NCBI GenBank assembly: GCA_963702765.1
Contig: CAVPEB010000014.1
Location: 1-64,000, forward strand
Length of the DNA stretch: 64,000 nt
Reading direction: 5' to 3'
From: an uncultured Chloroflexia bacterium
Lineage (GTDB): Bacteria > Chloroflexota > Ktedonobacteria > Ktedonobacterales > Ktedonobacteraceae
Made by a program: the position numbers and the translations under genes. The notes beneath the pieces were generated by a model, which saw only the letters and a list, made by a program, of their open reading frames with translations, did not search any database and was not told the DNA's origin. Shown here in pieces: positions 63,809 through 64,000 of this stretch (its first letter is position 1; each line of letters begins with the position of its first letter).

Positions 63809-64000
63809 TTACTTCCCCCAGTCTCCTCGCAACTCGACCTCCAACTCCAAATCTACCCCAAACTGGTCGTGTACGCTGTTGCGAGCTTCAACTATCAAAG
63901 CTATGACGTCGGCTGCACTGGCTCCGCCTAAGTTGATAAAAAAGTTAGCATGGCGTTGTGAAATCTGTGCCTTACCGTGTGTTCTGCCCTTCAAGCCTGC
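63809..64000 (-). CDS. murB: UDP-N-acetylenolpyruvoylglucosamine reductase, C-terminal end only (gene continues beyond window)
   Basis: ..KAQISQRHANFFINLGGASAADVIALIVEARNSVHDQFGVDLELEVELRG.. Confidence 0.75.
   Translation of the reverse strand, partial: AGLKGRTHGKAQISQRHANFFINLGGASAADVIALIVEARNSVHDQFGVDLELEVELRGDWGK

Overview
This 64-kb window is high-GC bacterial chromosome with Chloroflexota/Ktedonobacteria-like gene content (inference only). It mixes housekeeping genes with an accessory, decaying region. Recognisable core genes are the division cluster murB(partial)-ftsQ-ftsA-ftsZ on the minus strand, two tandem RelA/SpoT-family genes, a principal sigma-70 factor, tgt, dut, a DnaJ-domain protein, MoaB/MogA, a lipoate ligase, a cytochrome-oxidase assembly cluster (CtaG, a CtaA-CtaB fusion, SCO1, a CoxIV-like/BON protein), an MFS transporter, a ModC-like ATPase, an SbcC/Rad50-like ATPase with a NurA-like nuclease, an orphan DNA methyltransferase and several regulators. 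The most notable features are: (1) a solo IscB gene (the RNA-guided OMEGA nuclease ancestral to Cas9) with a structured upstream region that is a candidate omega-RNA, but with the ORF broken in three places; (2) a decayed ~5.6-kb RHS/YD-repeat gene on the minus strand that contains an ~860-bp stretch with virtually no cytosine on the plus strand; (3) a ~3.58-kb tandem duplication (VOC/glyoxalase gene plus a giant FtsX/MacB-like permease) in which both copies carry independent frameshifts; (4) at least three families of short dispersed intergenic repeats, some palindromic and MITE/REP-like; (5) an unusually high density of frameshifted or stop-interrupted genes across the window, which could be sequencing indels or genuine gene decay. 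No rRNA, tRNA or CRISPR array was seen.
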